Source: Clostridiales bacterium
Lineage (GTDB): Bacteria > Bacillota > Clostridia > Oscillospirales > CAG-272
DNA: 64,000 bases
Direction of reading: 5' to 3'
Assembly: GCA_016288155.1 (NCBI GenBank)
Contig: JAEEYP010000058.1
Location: 1,364 to 65,363 of the forward strand
The notes beneath the pieces are model-generated. The model saw only the letters and a list, made by a program, of their open reading frames with translations, was not told the DNA's origin and did no database searches. Of the stretch, positions 18,812 through 29,186 are shown one piece after another. Positions within the stretch are counted from its first letter, which is position 1. Every line of letters starts with the position of its first letter. The position numbers and the translations under genes were made by a program.

Positions 18812-20698
18812 TCATGCGATTCGGAAACAAATCGGAATGCCTGCATTAAAAGGAGTGTCGCTTGCGTAGAACGCGGCACCACTTGTGACATAAGACCATT
18901 TCGCCGAGTCTCCTGAATTGGCTGAAAGAACCCACCAGTCCGATCTCGCTCCATTGACCGTCTTGATACGGTTCTCCATGCTTTGGAAAACAGGGTATTG
19001 AACGCAAGTGCCGCGCACAGAATTATTCCTTGTCCCGAATACGACACCGCCTGCTACTTCCCACTCCGACGGAAGCCACAATTTGCCGATGTTCGTCCAT
19101 CCCGCATCGACATCATCGGTGATTAGTTTAGCGGCATTGTACCTCTTCGGTAAGTTCACAGTTTTTTCGATGATCACCGCCTTGAGCGCGGAGGGGAGGT
19201 AGTAGTACACGCCGCCCTGCGTGTAATCCACGTGCTTCACAGCAGGGTTGAAACTTGCGCTATCCGGTACCTGACCTGCGAGGCTGTTCAGATAATGGTA
19301 CAGTTCAGATGCAATCCACGGGTGCGGTGTTCCAGTTCCAGTTACCGTGATTGATCCTGCGGCGGGTGCCTCCTCAAACGTCAGCGTATATGTTGACGGA
19401 TCATATGTCCACCCGGTCAGAGAAGTGCTTCCCACCTTGACAGAATCAACATCGTTCATCTGTTTTGTGAGAACAAACGCTGTTGTCTCTCCGTCACCGG
19501 TGATAGTCTCAACGGGGATCAAACCGTTGTTGTAGTTTTTTGAATTGATCTTATATTTGTTCGACCATGCTTCACGGCATATAAAATCTATGTGGTTAGG
19601 GATATTGTAATACCCCTTATAGGTATTAATCCCCGCAACACACGCATTGAATGCTTTGTTGTTCGTCGTTGTAAACGGGATATAGTCGTTTGCGTGAATA
19701 CCCGAAAAGTTCCCCGCGGTGATTCTTGCTTTAATCCAAGCCCACGGATCACCGCCATACGATGTTATTTCGTCTGCGAATTTCGTTGCGAGGTTTGTTC
19801 CCGTGTACCATGGCTCGACAGATGTCAGCGCACTTTCATCCACACCTCCGCCGCTCCCGGCCGCAAGTTCAGACGCGACATTTGTTTCCTCCGTGTTAGA
19901 GGACGAGATCGTCTCGCCAGTTGCAATCGCCGCTGTCGCTTTTAACAGAGCGCCGCCGACGACGACGAGGTCGCCGATTGAGTAGTTCCGCGTCGCTGTG
20001 GAGGATGCTTCTCTCGGCGCGATCATCTCCTGCGTATCGTGAATCGCGTCGCCAGTCGCTTTCGCGTCTGCCGCCGATCCGGGAACGGAGAGTGTCGGAT
20101 CGGTTGCCCACCAGTAGACGATATTCACACCATCAGACGCGGAAACGGTGCTGTCGTCGGATTTTGCCGCCACGATGCGGATAGAATCAGCACCGCTCGT
20201 CTCATATAGGTGGACGGGAGATGTATGCCAGTTTGGCGACTTTTCAAATTGCGTCCCTGTCCATGTTCCGACAAACGTATTGCCACTCCATCCGTAAACG
20301 ACAAATCTGTATCCCGTATTGCAAGATACGGTTTTTATCGCCCTGCTGATGAAATCTGTGCGGATGCGCGTTGTGGAAGATACTTCCGCCCCGGTGGTAG
20401 TGTTGATTACTCCGTTTACCCACTCGTCTGCGGATGTTGCGATCTTTCGAATGATTGCGTCGCGGAATACGCCGACAGCCTTCGCGTCAGCCGCACGCCC
20501 AGAGACAGAGAGTGTATCATCGACCACTAAAGTGGTTGCGGACTGGGCTGCCGCTGCGGCAGAGTCCGATGCCGCAGCGGCAGACTGCCCGGCTGCGTTT
20601 GCCGCTTCAGACGCCGTTTGCGCCGCAGCCTGCGCCGTCGCCGCGGCAGGCGCAGCCCGGTTTGCCATAATCAGCGCATACGTAAGCTCTTTGCCCAT
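18812..20698 (-). CDS. Tail fibre / receptor-binding-like protein
   Basis: Ala-rich N-terminus, two DxTLSVxGxAADAKA motifs, C-terminal LWLPSEWEV...WWVLS...PICF (DUF6273-like). Confidence 0.7.
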   Translation of the reverse strand: MGKELTYALIMANRAAPAAATAQAAAQTASEAANAAGQSAAAASDSAAAAAQSATTLVVDDTLSVSGRAADAKAVGVFRDAIIRKIATSADEWVNGVINTTTGAEVSSTTRIRTDFISRAIKTVSCNTGYRFVVYGWSGNTFVGTWTGTQFEKSPNWHTSPVHLYETSGADSIRIVAAKSDDSTVSASDGVNIVYWWATDPTLSVPGSAADAKATGDAIHDTQEMIAPREASSTATRNYSIGDLVVVGGALLKATAAIATGETISSSNTEETNVASELAAGSGGGVDESALTSVEPWYTGTNLATKFADEITSYGGDPWAWIKARITAGNFSGIHANDYIPFTTTNNKAFNACVAGINTYKGYYNIPNHIDFICREAWSNKYKINSKNYNNGLIPVETITGDGETTAFVLTKQMNDVDSVKVGSTSLTGWTYDPSTYTLTFEEAPAAGSITVTGTGTPHPWIASELYHYLNSLAGQVPDSASFNPAVKHVDYTQGGVYYYLPSALKAVIIEKTVNLPKRYNAAKLITDDVDAGWTNIGKLWLPSEWEVAGGVVFGTRNNSVRGTCVQYPVFQSMENRIKTVNGARSDWWVLSANSGDSAKWSYVTSGAAFYASDTPFNAGIPICFRIA

Positions 20699-20721
20699 TA
20701 TTCACTCACCTCCTCCCCCAC

Positions 20722-20952
20722 TTATTGCGCAACAAATTCGCCCGATTCATTGGCGAGATATATCTGATGCGCGGCCTCCGTGGAGACGACGTACAGCACC
20801 GAAAACGGTGCAAACACTTCGTCCGCGCTCATTCCCGTCACATTCTCCCCGGACGTCGGCAGCGGATCCGGCGTGTCGTCAGCGACGATGATTACGTTCA
20901 TCATTTGTTTGTCACCACGGCGGCCGAACGGTTCTTTTGATACGCATATCAT
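20722..20952 (-). CDS. Small phage protein
   Basis: ORF between the ferritin-like gene and the fibre gene. Confidence 0.65.
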   Translation of the reverse strand: MICVSKEPFGRRGDKQMMNVIIVADDTPDPLPTSGENVTGMSADEVFAPFSVLYVVSTEAAHQIYLANESGEFVAQ

Positions 20953-20954
20953 GG

Positions 20955-21266
20955 TTATACCCCCTTAAACAGGACCTGATAGTTCTTGGCTTCCTGTGCT
21001 TTTTCGATGCTCTTCTTGTGTAGGTAGTCATACACGGCCAGCATGTTGGCCGGCGGTTCACCCTTGCTCCGACGGTACTCGTCAATCAGCTTCGTGACCT
21101 CGGCGTGCAGCATGGCCATATGCTTCATCTCCTCGAGAGACAGAGTATAAAACACCTCCGCCAGCCCCGGATAAAGCGCCTTGTTTTCGAGCGCGAGCTT
21201 TGCATACTCCGCGGAATCGTGGATCTCATCGTCGATTTTTTCGGATAAAATCTGAATGATTTTCAT
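20955..21266 (-). CDS. Ferritin-like helical protein
   Basis: DEIHDSAEY...EEMKH (ExxH). Confidence 0.65.
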   Translation of the reverse strand: MKIIQILSEKIDDEIHDSAEYAKLALENKALYPGLAEVFYTLSLEEMKHMAMLHAEVTKLIDEYRRSKGEPPANMLAVYDYLHKKSIEKAQEAKNYQVLFKGV

Positions 21267-21331
21267 GTCTTATCCTTTCCGCCCCGGAAGACCGAGAGGG
21301 CCGAAGCCCTCCCGGTCCGGTGCTGTTAAAA

Positions 21332-21856
21332 TCAGGCAGAAGCGGCCGCCGGGTTGGCGACCCACTTACCCATGACACTGAGGAGATACTGAGACTGTGC
21401 GGCGTTCGACGCGTCATTCTGGACGGTACGATATTTCTCCGCGAGCTCGTCGTACTTGTCCTGAAGCATCTGCGTTTTGATCGAACAACAGCACGATTCC
21501 ATCTGGAATCCGAGCTGTGCGATCTGCTGACGCAGTTCCGCAAACTGGTTGGCGTTCTGGAGGTTGACCTGATTGAATCCCTGAATGGCATTGATCAGGT
21601 TCGTGTTTTGCTGCTGCATCATATTCATGGACTGCTGATTGATCTGCTGCAGCGTTTCGTAGTTGTTGTTCGCGCTGGAGAGGAGGATGTCACGCTGACC
21701 GTTCTGGAGGCTCTGGTTGTTGACCGCGGCGTTGATGGCCGCTTCCGTCGCACCGTTGCCGCTGCCGAACAGGCCGCCGTTGCCGCCGAGACCGAAGATC
21801 AGGGCAATGATCAGAAATGCCCAAATCCAGCCGCCGCCGATAGTGTTGTCACCCAT
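21332..21856 (-). CDS. Membrane-anchored N/Q-rich coiled-coil protein with CCC motif
   Basis: GGGWIWAFLIIALIFG TM, Gly linker, QMESCCC. Confidence 0.8.
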   Translation of the reverse strand: MGDNTIGGGWIWAFLIIALIFGLGGNGGLFGSGNGATEAAINAAVNNQSLQNGQRDILLSSANNNYETLQQINQQSMNMMQQQNTNLINAIQGFNQVNLQNANQFAELRQQIAQLGFQMESCCCSIKTQMLQDKYDELAEKYRTVQNDASNAAQSQYLLSVMGKWVANPAAASA

Positions 21857-21912
21857 AGTAGACACTCCTTTGTGGAAAAATATTTTCAAACCCGGCCGGG
21901 ATTTGAATCGGA

Positions 21913-22170
21913 TTACTTCTGCGCCGCCGCCTCCGTTTGGATCTGCTGGATGAGCTGACCTTCGTTGACACCCTTCTTAGCGGACAGCGCGTGCGCAGTC
22001 TGTTCGAGGTTGGCGAGATCCAGTCCCTGCAGCTCCGGTACGCGGTTGGCAAGACCCTGCATAAACGCCTCCGGTGATTCGCCGCGCATCATGGCCGCGA
22101 AGGCCTGCAGCATAAGAGATCTGCCGTTGTTTCCGCCCATGCCGCCGATCATTTGTAAGATAGGATTCAT
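21913..22170 (-). CDS. Small Met/Gln-rich protein
   Basis: MNPILQMIGGMGG... Confidence 0.75.
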   Translation of the reverse strand: MNPILQMIGGMGGNNGRSLMLQAFAAMMRGESPEAFMQGLANRVPELQGLDLANLEQTAHALSAKKGVNEGQLIQQIQTEAAAQK

Positions 22171-22658
22171 TCATCAGCCTCCGTTTCATTATGTGCGGCG
22201 GACGTTTCCGCCTTGCGCCGCTTCGATCCGTTCGCCTCAGGGGTGTAGCCGCCGGTCAGCATCGCCTTGATCTCCGCCTTGAAATCGTCCAGATCCTTCC
22301 GTGTGAGGGTGTTGCTCTCCGGCTCCGGTGCGTCTTTCAGCGTAAAAGGTCCGAGCTTGAGCGGCGCTTCCTTCCCGTTTGCGTCTTTCGACCGGAGATA
22401 GAACACCGATTCGTTTTTGTCAAACACAACGATCGTGGTGTTCGGTCGCATAGGGAGACTTCGCGCACTTTCAATGCCGTCCACGAACAGGACCGGCTGT
22501 GGGATTTCGGACGACGGCACGTCGTGTCCGGTAGCGTTTGCGGCTCCCCCGGCGTTCGGATCCGACGCGATCTGATTTTGCAGAGCAGAGAGCTGCGCGT
22601 ACTGTCGCTGTAGGTCTGCGAGCTGTTGCTGGACGAGCTGTGCGTAATTGGTCGCCAT
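22167..22658 (-). CDS. Gln-rich hypothetical protein
   Basis: VDGIESA...VFYLRSKDANG...LTRKDLDD. Confidence 0.75.
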   Translation of the reverse strand: MATNYAQLVQQQLADLQRQYAQLSALQNQIASDPNAGGAANATGHDVPSSEIPQPVLFVDGIESARSLPMRPNTTIVVFDKNESVFYLRSKDANGKEAPLKLGPFTLKDAPEPESNTLTRKDLDDFKAEIKAMLTGGYTPEANGSKRRKAETSAAHNETEADE

Positions 22659-22669
22659 GATCTGCCTCC

Positions 22670-23038
22670 TTATTCCTCCGCACCTTCGAGTTCGACGAAC
22701 CCTTGAAGCGCGCTGAGGTCATTATAGGAAAGTCGCAGGTTCTCGCAGACAGGAATGCGGACCGGGCTGACGTCATCCACCTCGACGTCCAGCAGCTCCG
22801 CCATACGCGCCTCGTAGGCCGGCAGATTCTCGGACGCGATCAACCATCTGCCCGGCTCGGTCTCGGTCTCCGTGCCGTACTTGGCAAGCGCCGTGTCTCG
22901 CTGCTCATTATAAAAATCGAGCTGTTTTTCGAGACTGTCCATCAGCCGCCCGACGCGGTAGAGCACGCTGAGTGAGAGATCCGTAGACGCCACTTTCTGC
23001 AGCGCCGGAACCGCGTTTACGATCCTACCAAGCTTCAT
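22670..23038 (-). CDS. Hypothetical tail-region protein
   Basis: ORF coupled to the tail gene. Confidence 0.7.
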   Translation of the reverse strand: MKLGRIVNAVPALQKVASTDLSLSVLYRVGRLMDSLEKQLDFYNEQRDTALAKYGTETETEPGRWLIASENLPAYEARMAELLDVEVDDVSPVRIPVCENLRLSYNDLSALQGFVELEGAEE

Positions 23039-23063
23039 TTCTTTGCCTCCTTGTTCCGGTTCG

Positions 23064-24932
23064 TCACGCAAGCATTGTGCTGGACGAGCCGTTGTAGAAA
23101 TACAGATGCCCGCTGTTGACGTACAGGGCGTTAGCGTAAGGAATCGATAGATACGTTGTAATCGGATTGAACGACAGCGTTTTCAAATATGCACTGTAAT
23201 TCGGTGCGGAGATTAACGGCGGCGACGTGCCCTGCTGGAATATGATCCCGTCCTCAGATCGCGTGGAGTAGTTGTTGGTTATCTGGACGGCATCTCCATA
23301 GATGTGTACCTTTTTTGGGAGACTCCACGACACACCGGTCGGGCTGCCATAAATCTTATTCAGGCCTATGATCACGCCGAGAGTGTTCTGACTATTTACG
23401 GTCTCATAGTAGGTGTCAAAAACGGCGGCCGTTATCGCAGGATTTGAATCGTGATCAAAATACAGTTTCTTTATGTGCAGGCTGTCGACGTCGATCCGAT
23501 CCGCAGACAGCGTACCGGTCGTGATCTTGCTTGCGTTGATATTGTTGATCGTTACCTTCGAGGCGTTAATCGTACCGGTTGTAATGTTCCCGCCGTTGAT
23601 GACGGTTGCACCCGACGTGGCAAGATCGGTTTCGAGGTCGGAAACACTCTGCACCTTGACTTCACCGGCAATCACGTACTTACCGGTCGCCGCGTCGAAG
23701 TAGATTCTGTCCACCCATGCGCCATTCTCCAGCACCTGCATGGAGAACGTGTTCGCGTTCGCGGTGAGACGCGCCACAGCGTTTCCGTTTACGACGCGCT
23801 CACTAACGAAGCCCTCCGATCTGTTGATCCGATTGCCGAAATACGTCGCGTCTGTCCGGACAGACCGCTTGAGCGTCAGGTCGCGCGCCGAGATGTACGG
23901 AAATTCGTCACCTGTCTCGTCCTCCGTCGCGGTCGACAGGTTGCACGTAGCGGAGACAGTGCACCGCAGTTCGATCGATTCGGCCACGACGGTATAAGAC
24001 GTGCCGCCCCGGTCCGTGACGGCGATAGTGTCGCCGAGCTCGACTGCAGGATCGAGATATGCGCCAGTAAGAGTGTACGGCCGGAACTGCGTGCCATACA
24101 ACACCGATGCGGGATTGCCGTCATCGTCGCACAGCCGATCCGCGATAGCCTGTGTAGCATAGTCGCACCGCACGCTGAGCTCCGTACCGGTATCGTCGCC
24201 GGCGGTGAACTCGTTACCCGCGCCGTCCGTGAGCGTCACCCGGGTGATCTCCCGGACCTTGCCCCGGAGCTTGAACCCGGTGTGCTCTTTGCCGATGTCC
24301 TGCTCGGCCACCACGCTTGGATCCGCGAGCACCACAAGCCGCAGGGCACCTGCCTCCGTGATGATCCAGTTTCCGCCGTGCGCTGCGGCGATCATGCCGA
24401 GCACCTCGGAAATCAGCACGTCCTCGTTCGGATAGTCTACCACGTAATCCGCGCCAGTCTGGATCTCCGTACGGGAATCGACCGTGACACCCATAATATC
24501 CGCGATATCGTCGACGACGTCCGCCATAGCCTGCGGCCACTGATCGAACGCGGTCTTGTCCTGATACATGACACCGGCCTTGATCATCGCGTCAAGGCAG
24601 GATAGCTCCTGCGGGTTTTTACCGTTCCGCTGTGTGATGTAAAACTTCCCTTGCGGAAGCCAGTCCGTGACCGTTGCTGCCGACAGGGACCGAAGGCGGC
24701 AGTACGCGTCGACCGAGGCGGCGCGCGGGATGTCAGCCTTCGGATAGATCGTGAGCTTAGCAGACGCCGTACAGCACCGTCCGATGGCGGGCTTGTCGAG
24801 CAAGGGCTTGCTGATAACCGGCGTTCCCTTGACGTCCGCTCCGGTGTATTCCACACCGTCGATAACGAACTTGTATTCCGTCTGATGGGGCCCCGCAAAC
24901 ACGGTGCCCCATCCGGTAGGTAGCGCCTGCAT
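23064..24932 (-). CDS. Tail / baseplate protein
   Basis: DPAVELGD motif, ITTGTINA repeats, position after the tape measure gene. Confidence 0.8.
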   Translation of the reverse strand: MQALPTGWGTVFAGPHQTEYKFVIDGVEYTGADVKGTPVISKPLLDKPAIGRCCTASAKLTIYPKADIPRAASVDAYCRLRSLSAATVTDWLPQGKFYITQRNGKNPQELSCLDAMIKAGVMYQDKTAFDQWPQAMADVVDDIADIMGVTVDSRTEIQTGADYVVDYPNEDVLISEVLGMIAAAHGGNWIITEAGALRLVVLADPSVVAEQDIGKEHTGFKLRGKVREITRVTLTDGAGNEFTAGDDTGTELSVRCDYATQAIADRLCDDDGNPASVLYGTQFRPYTLTGAYLDPAVELGDTIAVTDRGGTSYTVVAESIELRCTVSATCNLSTATEDETGDEFPYISARDLTLKRSVRTDATYFGNRINRSEGFVSERVVNGNAVARLTANANTFSMQVLENGAWVDRIYFDAATGKYVIAGEVKVQSVSDLETDLATSGATVINGGNITTGTINASKVTINNINASKITTGTLSADRIDVDSLHIKKLYFDHDSNPAITAAVFDTYYETVNSQNTLGVIIGLNKIYGSPTGVSWSLPKKVHIYGDAVQITNNYSTRSEDGIIFQQGTSPPLISAPNYSAYLKTLSFNPITTYLSIPYANALYVNSGHLYFYNGSSSTMLA

Positions 24933-25330
24933 TACGTCACCGTCGCCTCCTTAACGCTGATCAGCGTGAACGTCACGTTGTCGATCACAATGTCGTCATC
25001 CCGGAACTGCTCCTCGGCCGCGGAGATACTGGTCGAATAGAACAACCGGGAGCACATGCCATCCTTGAGATCCGGGTATTGCACGACCACACCCGCGTCG
25101 TGCCCCTGCAGATCCGTTTCGAGCTGCTGCGCTGCCGAGAACGGCATAGGACCTAACTTTACCGTCAGTTTCCTCTGATGCGATCTTACGTTCGTGTGCA
25201 TGATGTCGGCCTCGTCGCGGCCAGCGTCCGAGTCATTAGTATTCTCGCGTGCCCACGCGAGGCCGGTTTTTTGTTTGACGTATTGGGTATAGTCATGTCC
25301 GTTGATGATAAGAGCCCCTGTAATAGCCAT
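24932..25330 (-). CDS. Distal tail-like protein
   Basis: DSDAGRDE motif; directly after the tape measure gene. Confidence 0.7.
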   Translation of the reverse strand: MAITGALIINGHDYTQYVKQKTGLAWARENTNDSDAGRDEADIMHTNVRSHQRKLTVKLGPMPFSAAQQLETDLQGHDAGVVVQYPDLKDGMCSRLFYSTSISAAEEQFRDDDIVIDNVTFTLISVKEATVT

Positions 25331-25332
25331 CC

Positions 25333-28264
25333 TCATGCACCTCCGAATCCGCGCTGCGTGCGAGTCAGCGCATACGCCAGCGCATCTGCGATCTCATCGC
25401 CGCTCGTACGCAGCTTAGCGCGCTCAAGCAGCTCGAGGATCTGCCGTAGAATATACGACTGATCGGCAAGTCGTTCGTCGATGTCGCCGGACGCGTCCAT
25501 GACCGTGCCAGAGGCAGCGGAACTGACACGCGTTTTATACGGCACCTCCGTACCAGCTGCAATAGACGGAACCTGCAATCCGCCGGAGCCGAGAAGCGAA
25601 GCGTTGATTTCCCGGAATATACCGGCAATGTCAGACAGTTTTGCGGCAACCCCTGACAGCGAGGTCACAAGGCCGCCGCTCTCGGTCCCGATCTGAAGTG
25701 TAGCCGGGTTGTCCCCGAACTGCTCGACGACATCGTCCGCCATGTTGGACACCGACCGCAGGACCGAAGACTCGTAGTCATCGATGCCTTCCGCGAGACC
25801 GAGGTCGAGAAATTTACCGATCGCCGCGAACACAGCGGACGGAGAGCTGATCTGAAACACGTCCTTTGCCGCTTTAATCAGCCCGCTGGCGAGCGTCGTG
25901 ACTGTGCTGGTGACCCTTGACCACGCGGACTCGACCCCGGCTTGTACACCGGTGGCAATGTTTCTCCCGACAGATGTCCAGTCTTCCTTCTGCATATCGG
26001 TCTTCAGGCCGACGAACAGCCCGGAGACTGTGGTTTTGATGCCGCTCCACGCCGACTGCGCTGTGGTTTTGATCGCCGTCCAGTTATCCGACAGCGCCGT
26101 TCCGAGGAGCGACGCCTTCCCCGTCACGTCGCGCTGTGTGCTGTTGAAGAGCACGGAAATGGTCGATTTGATCTTTCCCCACCGCTCTTCCGCGCTTTGC
26201 CGGATGCTCGACCAGACGTTGGACAAAGTTTCCTTGAGCGCGCTCAGTTTCTCATCGAAAAACTGTGTGATGTTCTTCCACGTGTTCTCAAGGCCCTGAA
26301 GAAGGCCGTCAATGATGTATTTTCCCGTTTCAGCCATAACGGTTGACGGAGAATTGATGCCAAAGGCTTTCTTGAAACCGTCAATGAACGGCTTGAAAAT
26401 GTGATCGTAAATCCACTGTCCGATGTTTGCCAGCGCATTCACGATCCCCATGAAAAGCCCTGCAATAATATTCCCGCCGTAGGCTTCAATGTACTCGCTG
26501 AAGTAGGACTTGATGCCCTCCCATCCTTCCTTGAACAGCTCCCAGATCTTTTCACACAGCGTAAAGATAATCTGTGTAGCGGCGCCAATCGCTGCGCCCA
26601 GCAGTTCAAAGGCCAGCTCCACCAGCTTTTCAAAGTCGATGGCATTGACGATGCTCACAAGACCGTCCCAGAGCTTAGAAATCAGCTCGTGCCAGTCAAC
26701 TGTCTCGATGAAATGTACGACAAACTCCAAAACTCCGGTGGCAAACTCGCTGACGATCCGGGCCGCGTTGGTGAGCATTTCAGCAATGTCAATCTTGTTC
26801 ACGCCCTCGGCCAGACTACGGGCAACCTTGCCCCAGTCAAAGCCCTCCAAGACGCCAAGGATCAGCTCAAAGATGCTGTTCACGCCGTCAATGACCGTCT
26901 GGAACAGAGCGCCCCAGTCGATTCCGGACAGGGAATCGGACAGGAATTTGCCGATGTTCTGACCGATGCCGTTCCAGTCAACGCCGGTGAACAGGTGGTC
27001 AAAGGCTTCGACAATGCCGTTGATCGCGGTGATAATGGTCTGTGCGGTCTTGTCCCAGTCGATGGTGTCAAAGAAATTCTGGATAAACTCAGCAATAGAA
27101 TCTCCGACGTTCGCCCAGTCAACTTCACTCACAATGCCGAAAATGAAATCTACAAGGGCGTTCCAGCCGTTGGCAAAGGTCTGTCCCAGCAAATCCCACT
27201 CGACGTTATCAAACCAGCCGTTGATTGCCTTGCCGATGCCCTTTCCCAAAGCCTCAAAATCAAAGGTCGTCAGGAAAGTGTTGATAGCGCCAAAGACAGA
27301 GTTCAGGCCGTCAGCAAGGGTTTTCCCCATCAGCTCCCAGTGTAGCCCGGCAACAAGTCCGTTGAACACCTCCGCGATTCGGCCTGCCCATTCCTCGGCC
27401 TTCGGACGGAAGACGTTACGGATCCAGTCATCCACCGCGGTCAGAACGTCTCCGAACCCGGCGCTTATGCGCGCGCCGAACGTGAAATACTGCCCGTCGG
27501 TCCACAGCGCCTTGATCTCTTCGAGCAGACCCTTGATCTTGGTGGGGAGAACGGTATCGATCGGGACCTCTTCGAAGAGGTCGGAGGCGTCGGTTTCCTC
27601 ACCGTTGTCCTCGTTCCGTTTATTCAGCTCGTCGAACCCGTACACCTGTGCCTTCAGGTTCTTCGCGGACTCTGTCGCATCGTCAAGGCTGTCCCGATAG
27701 GACTCCATCTGTTCCTTGGCGACTGTCACGGACTGCTTGCCCTGCAGCGCGGCGAAGATCGTATTGATCTGAACGACCAGCTTGGACAGGGCGTCGAGGA
27801 ACACGGTGACCGCCGGTTCGACCTTCTCGACCAGCCCGCCGAGCGTCACGGACAAGTTGGCGGACAGCTCTTTGGCGGAGTTCTTGATCCGCGACATTGC
27901 ACCGTTGAACGCATCGGAATACCGCGCCAGCGCCTGCATACCCTCCTTGACCTGATTGAAGATCGCGGAGATAAACATGCGCTTGACGCGGGTAATCAAC
28001 AGTCGTTTCAGCGACGTCAGCGTTTTGACCAGTGCGTTGGACTGGAACTTTGCGCCTTTCGCGTGTGTGATGAAGTTTTTCAGTCGGCGTCCGAGCGCCT
28101 GTACGGCGGAGGCCGCGGCCTGTGCGCCCTTGGTGACGAGGTGATACGGGATTCGGGCGAGCGTGGACGTGATCCGCAGCGCGTGCGAGCCTGCCGTGGC
28201 GATCGCGTTACCAAACCGCACCCACGCCGACGTTTTTTCCTCTGACGGCGCAGGAAGGTCTGCA
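25333..28264 (-). pseudogene. Tape measure protein, 5'-truncated
   Basis: DW/xG helical repeats, FGINSPS twice, GFDELN; no RBS or start, reading frame runs into the preceding gene. Confidence 0.8.
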
Positions 28265-28364
28265 TGACCTGCTGGACCAGCCCGCCCTTCTCAAGGTGGT
28301 GCCGTTTGAGCAGATCCGACGATCCGTTGAACCGGACTTGCACCCGGAACACACCGTTGCTCAT
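28265..28364 (-). pseudogene. A118-type minor capsid / tail-completion gene, 3'-truncated
   Basis: LLKRHHLEKGGLVQQV, then out-of-frame tape measure sequence. Confidence 0.65.
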
Positions 28365-28774
28365 CGTCCGACCACCTTCCAGTGCGGTGCGTGAGGCGCG
28401 CGGCGGTTGTCCGTCACACCGAGGATCGTTGCCGTCTCGGTGTACGCCTTCTGCAGATCCGCCGGACGCGGATCCACGCCGGCGCTGACTGCACCGCGGA
28501 CGATGATGTCACCGTTCCGCAGCGTGAACGTCACGCTCGGGTCCGCGGACGTGTAGCCGACCGGATCCACGTACGCCTTCCCGCCGAAATCAGCATCGAC
28601 AGGAATGCGAATCGTGTACCGGTCGGCCGCTCTCAATCCGGACTGGTCTACGGTCGACGCGATTTCATCATACCACGATACACCGGCGATGACCGTGACG
28701 ACGTACACGTCACGGTCAAGCGCCGGATCGTAGCGGGCGTTGAACACGGTTATGCTGTCGTTACACAGACGCAT
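28361..28774 (-). CDS. Head closure-like protein
   Basis: ITVFN...GVSW...GDIIVRG...DNR...PHWKV. Confidence 0.7.
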   Translation of the reverse strand: MRLCNDSITVFNARYDPALDRDVYVVTVIAGVSWYDEIASTVDQSGLRAADRYTIRIPVDADFGGKAYVDPVGYTSADPSVTFTLRNGDIIVRGAVSAGVDPRPADLQKAYTETATILGVTDNRRAPHAPHWKVVGR

Positions 28775-29162
28775 ACGGGTACACCCCCCTGTACAGAAGC
28801 GGGACGCCGTGATCGTCAGTCTCCCCGTAGAGGTACTCCTTGATCACGGCTGTCATTCCCCTGTCGGCGTCTTCCGCGCCCATAGACTTGCCGTAGCTCT
28901 CGGAGTACCCATCCGTTGAGAAGGACGTGACCACAGGCTGCTCCGCCTGCGCTTGAATACCGACGACGTTCTCCATGGAGATCAGCGCCGTCATACAGAG
29001 CTTGACCGCCTCCGGGACGGTCTCCATGCCCTGCACGCGGCTGTCCGTGACGTAGTCGACGCGCTTTCTGGCCTTGAACTCCAGCACAGGGAACGCCAAT
29101 TCAGGAGCCGTACCGCCGTACCCCTGATACTCGGCATAAGTCAAATACTGCGAGTGCGCCAT
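28761..29162 (-). CDS. Head-tail connector
   Basis: YLTYAEY...STDGYSESY...LLYRG. Confidence 0.8.
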   Translation of the reverse strand: MAHSQYLTYAEYQGYGGTAPELAFPVLEFKARKRVDYVTDSRVQGMETVPEAVKLCMTALISMENVVGIQAQAEQPVVTSFSTDGYSESYGKSMGAEDADRGMTAVIKEYLYGETDDHGVPLLYRGVYPYASV

Positions 29163-29186
29163 CGTACGGCCCCCTTTCTGCGTTTA

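Noticed and set aside
18812-20698. Complete diversity-generating retroelement
   Set aside because: No reverse transcriptase or template repeat seen in the window.
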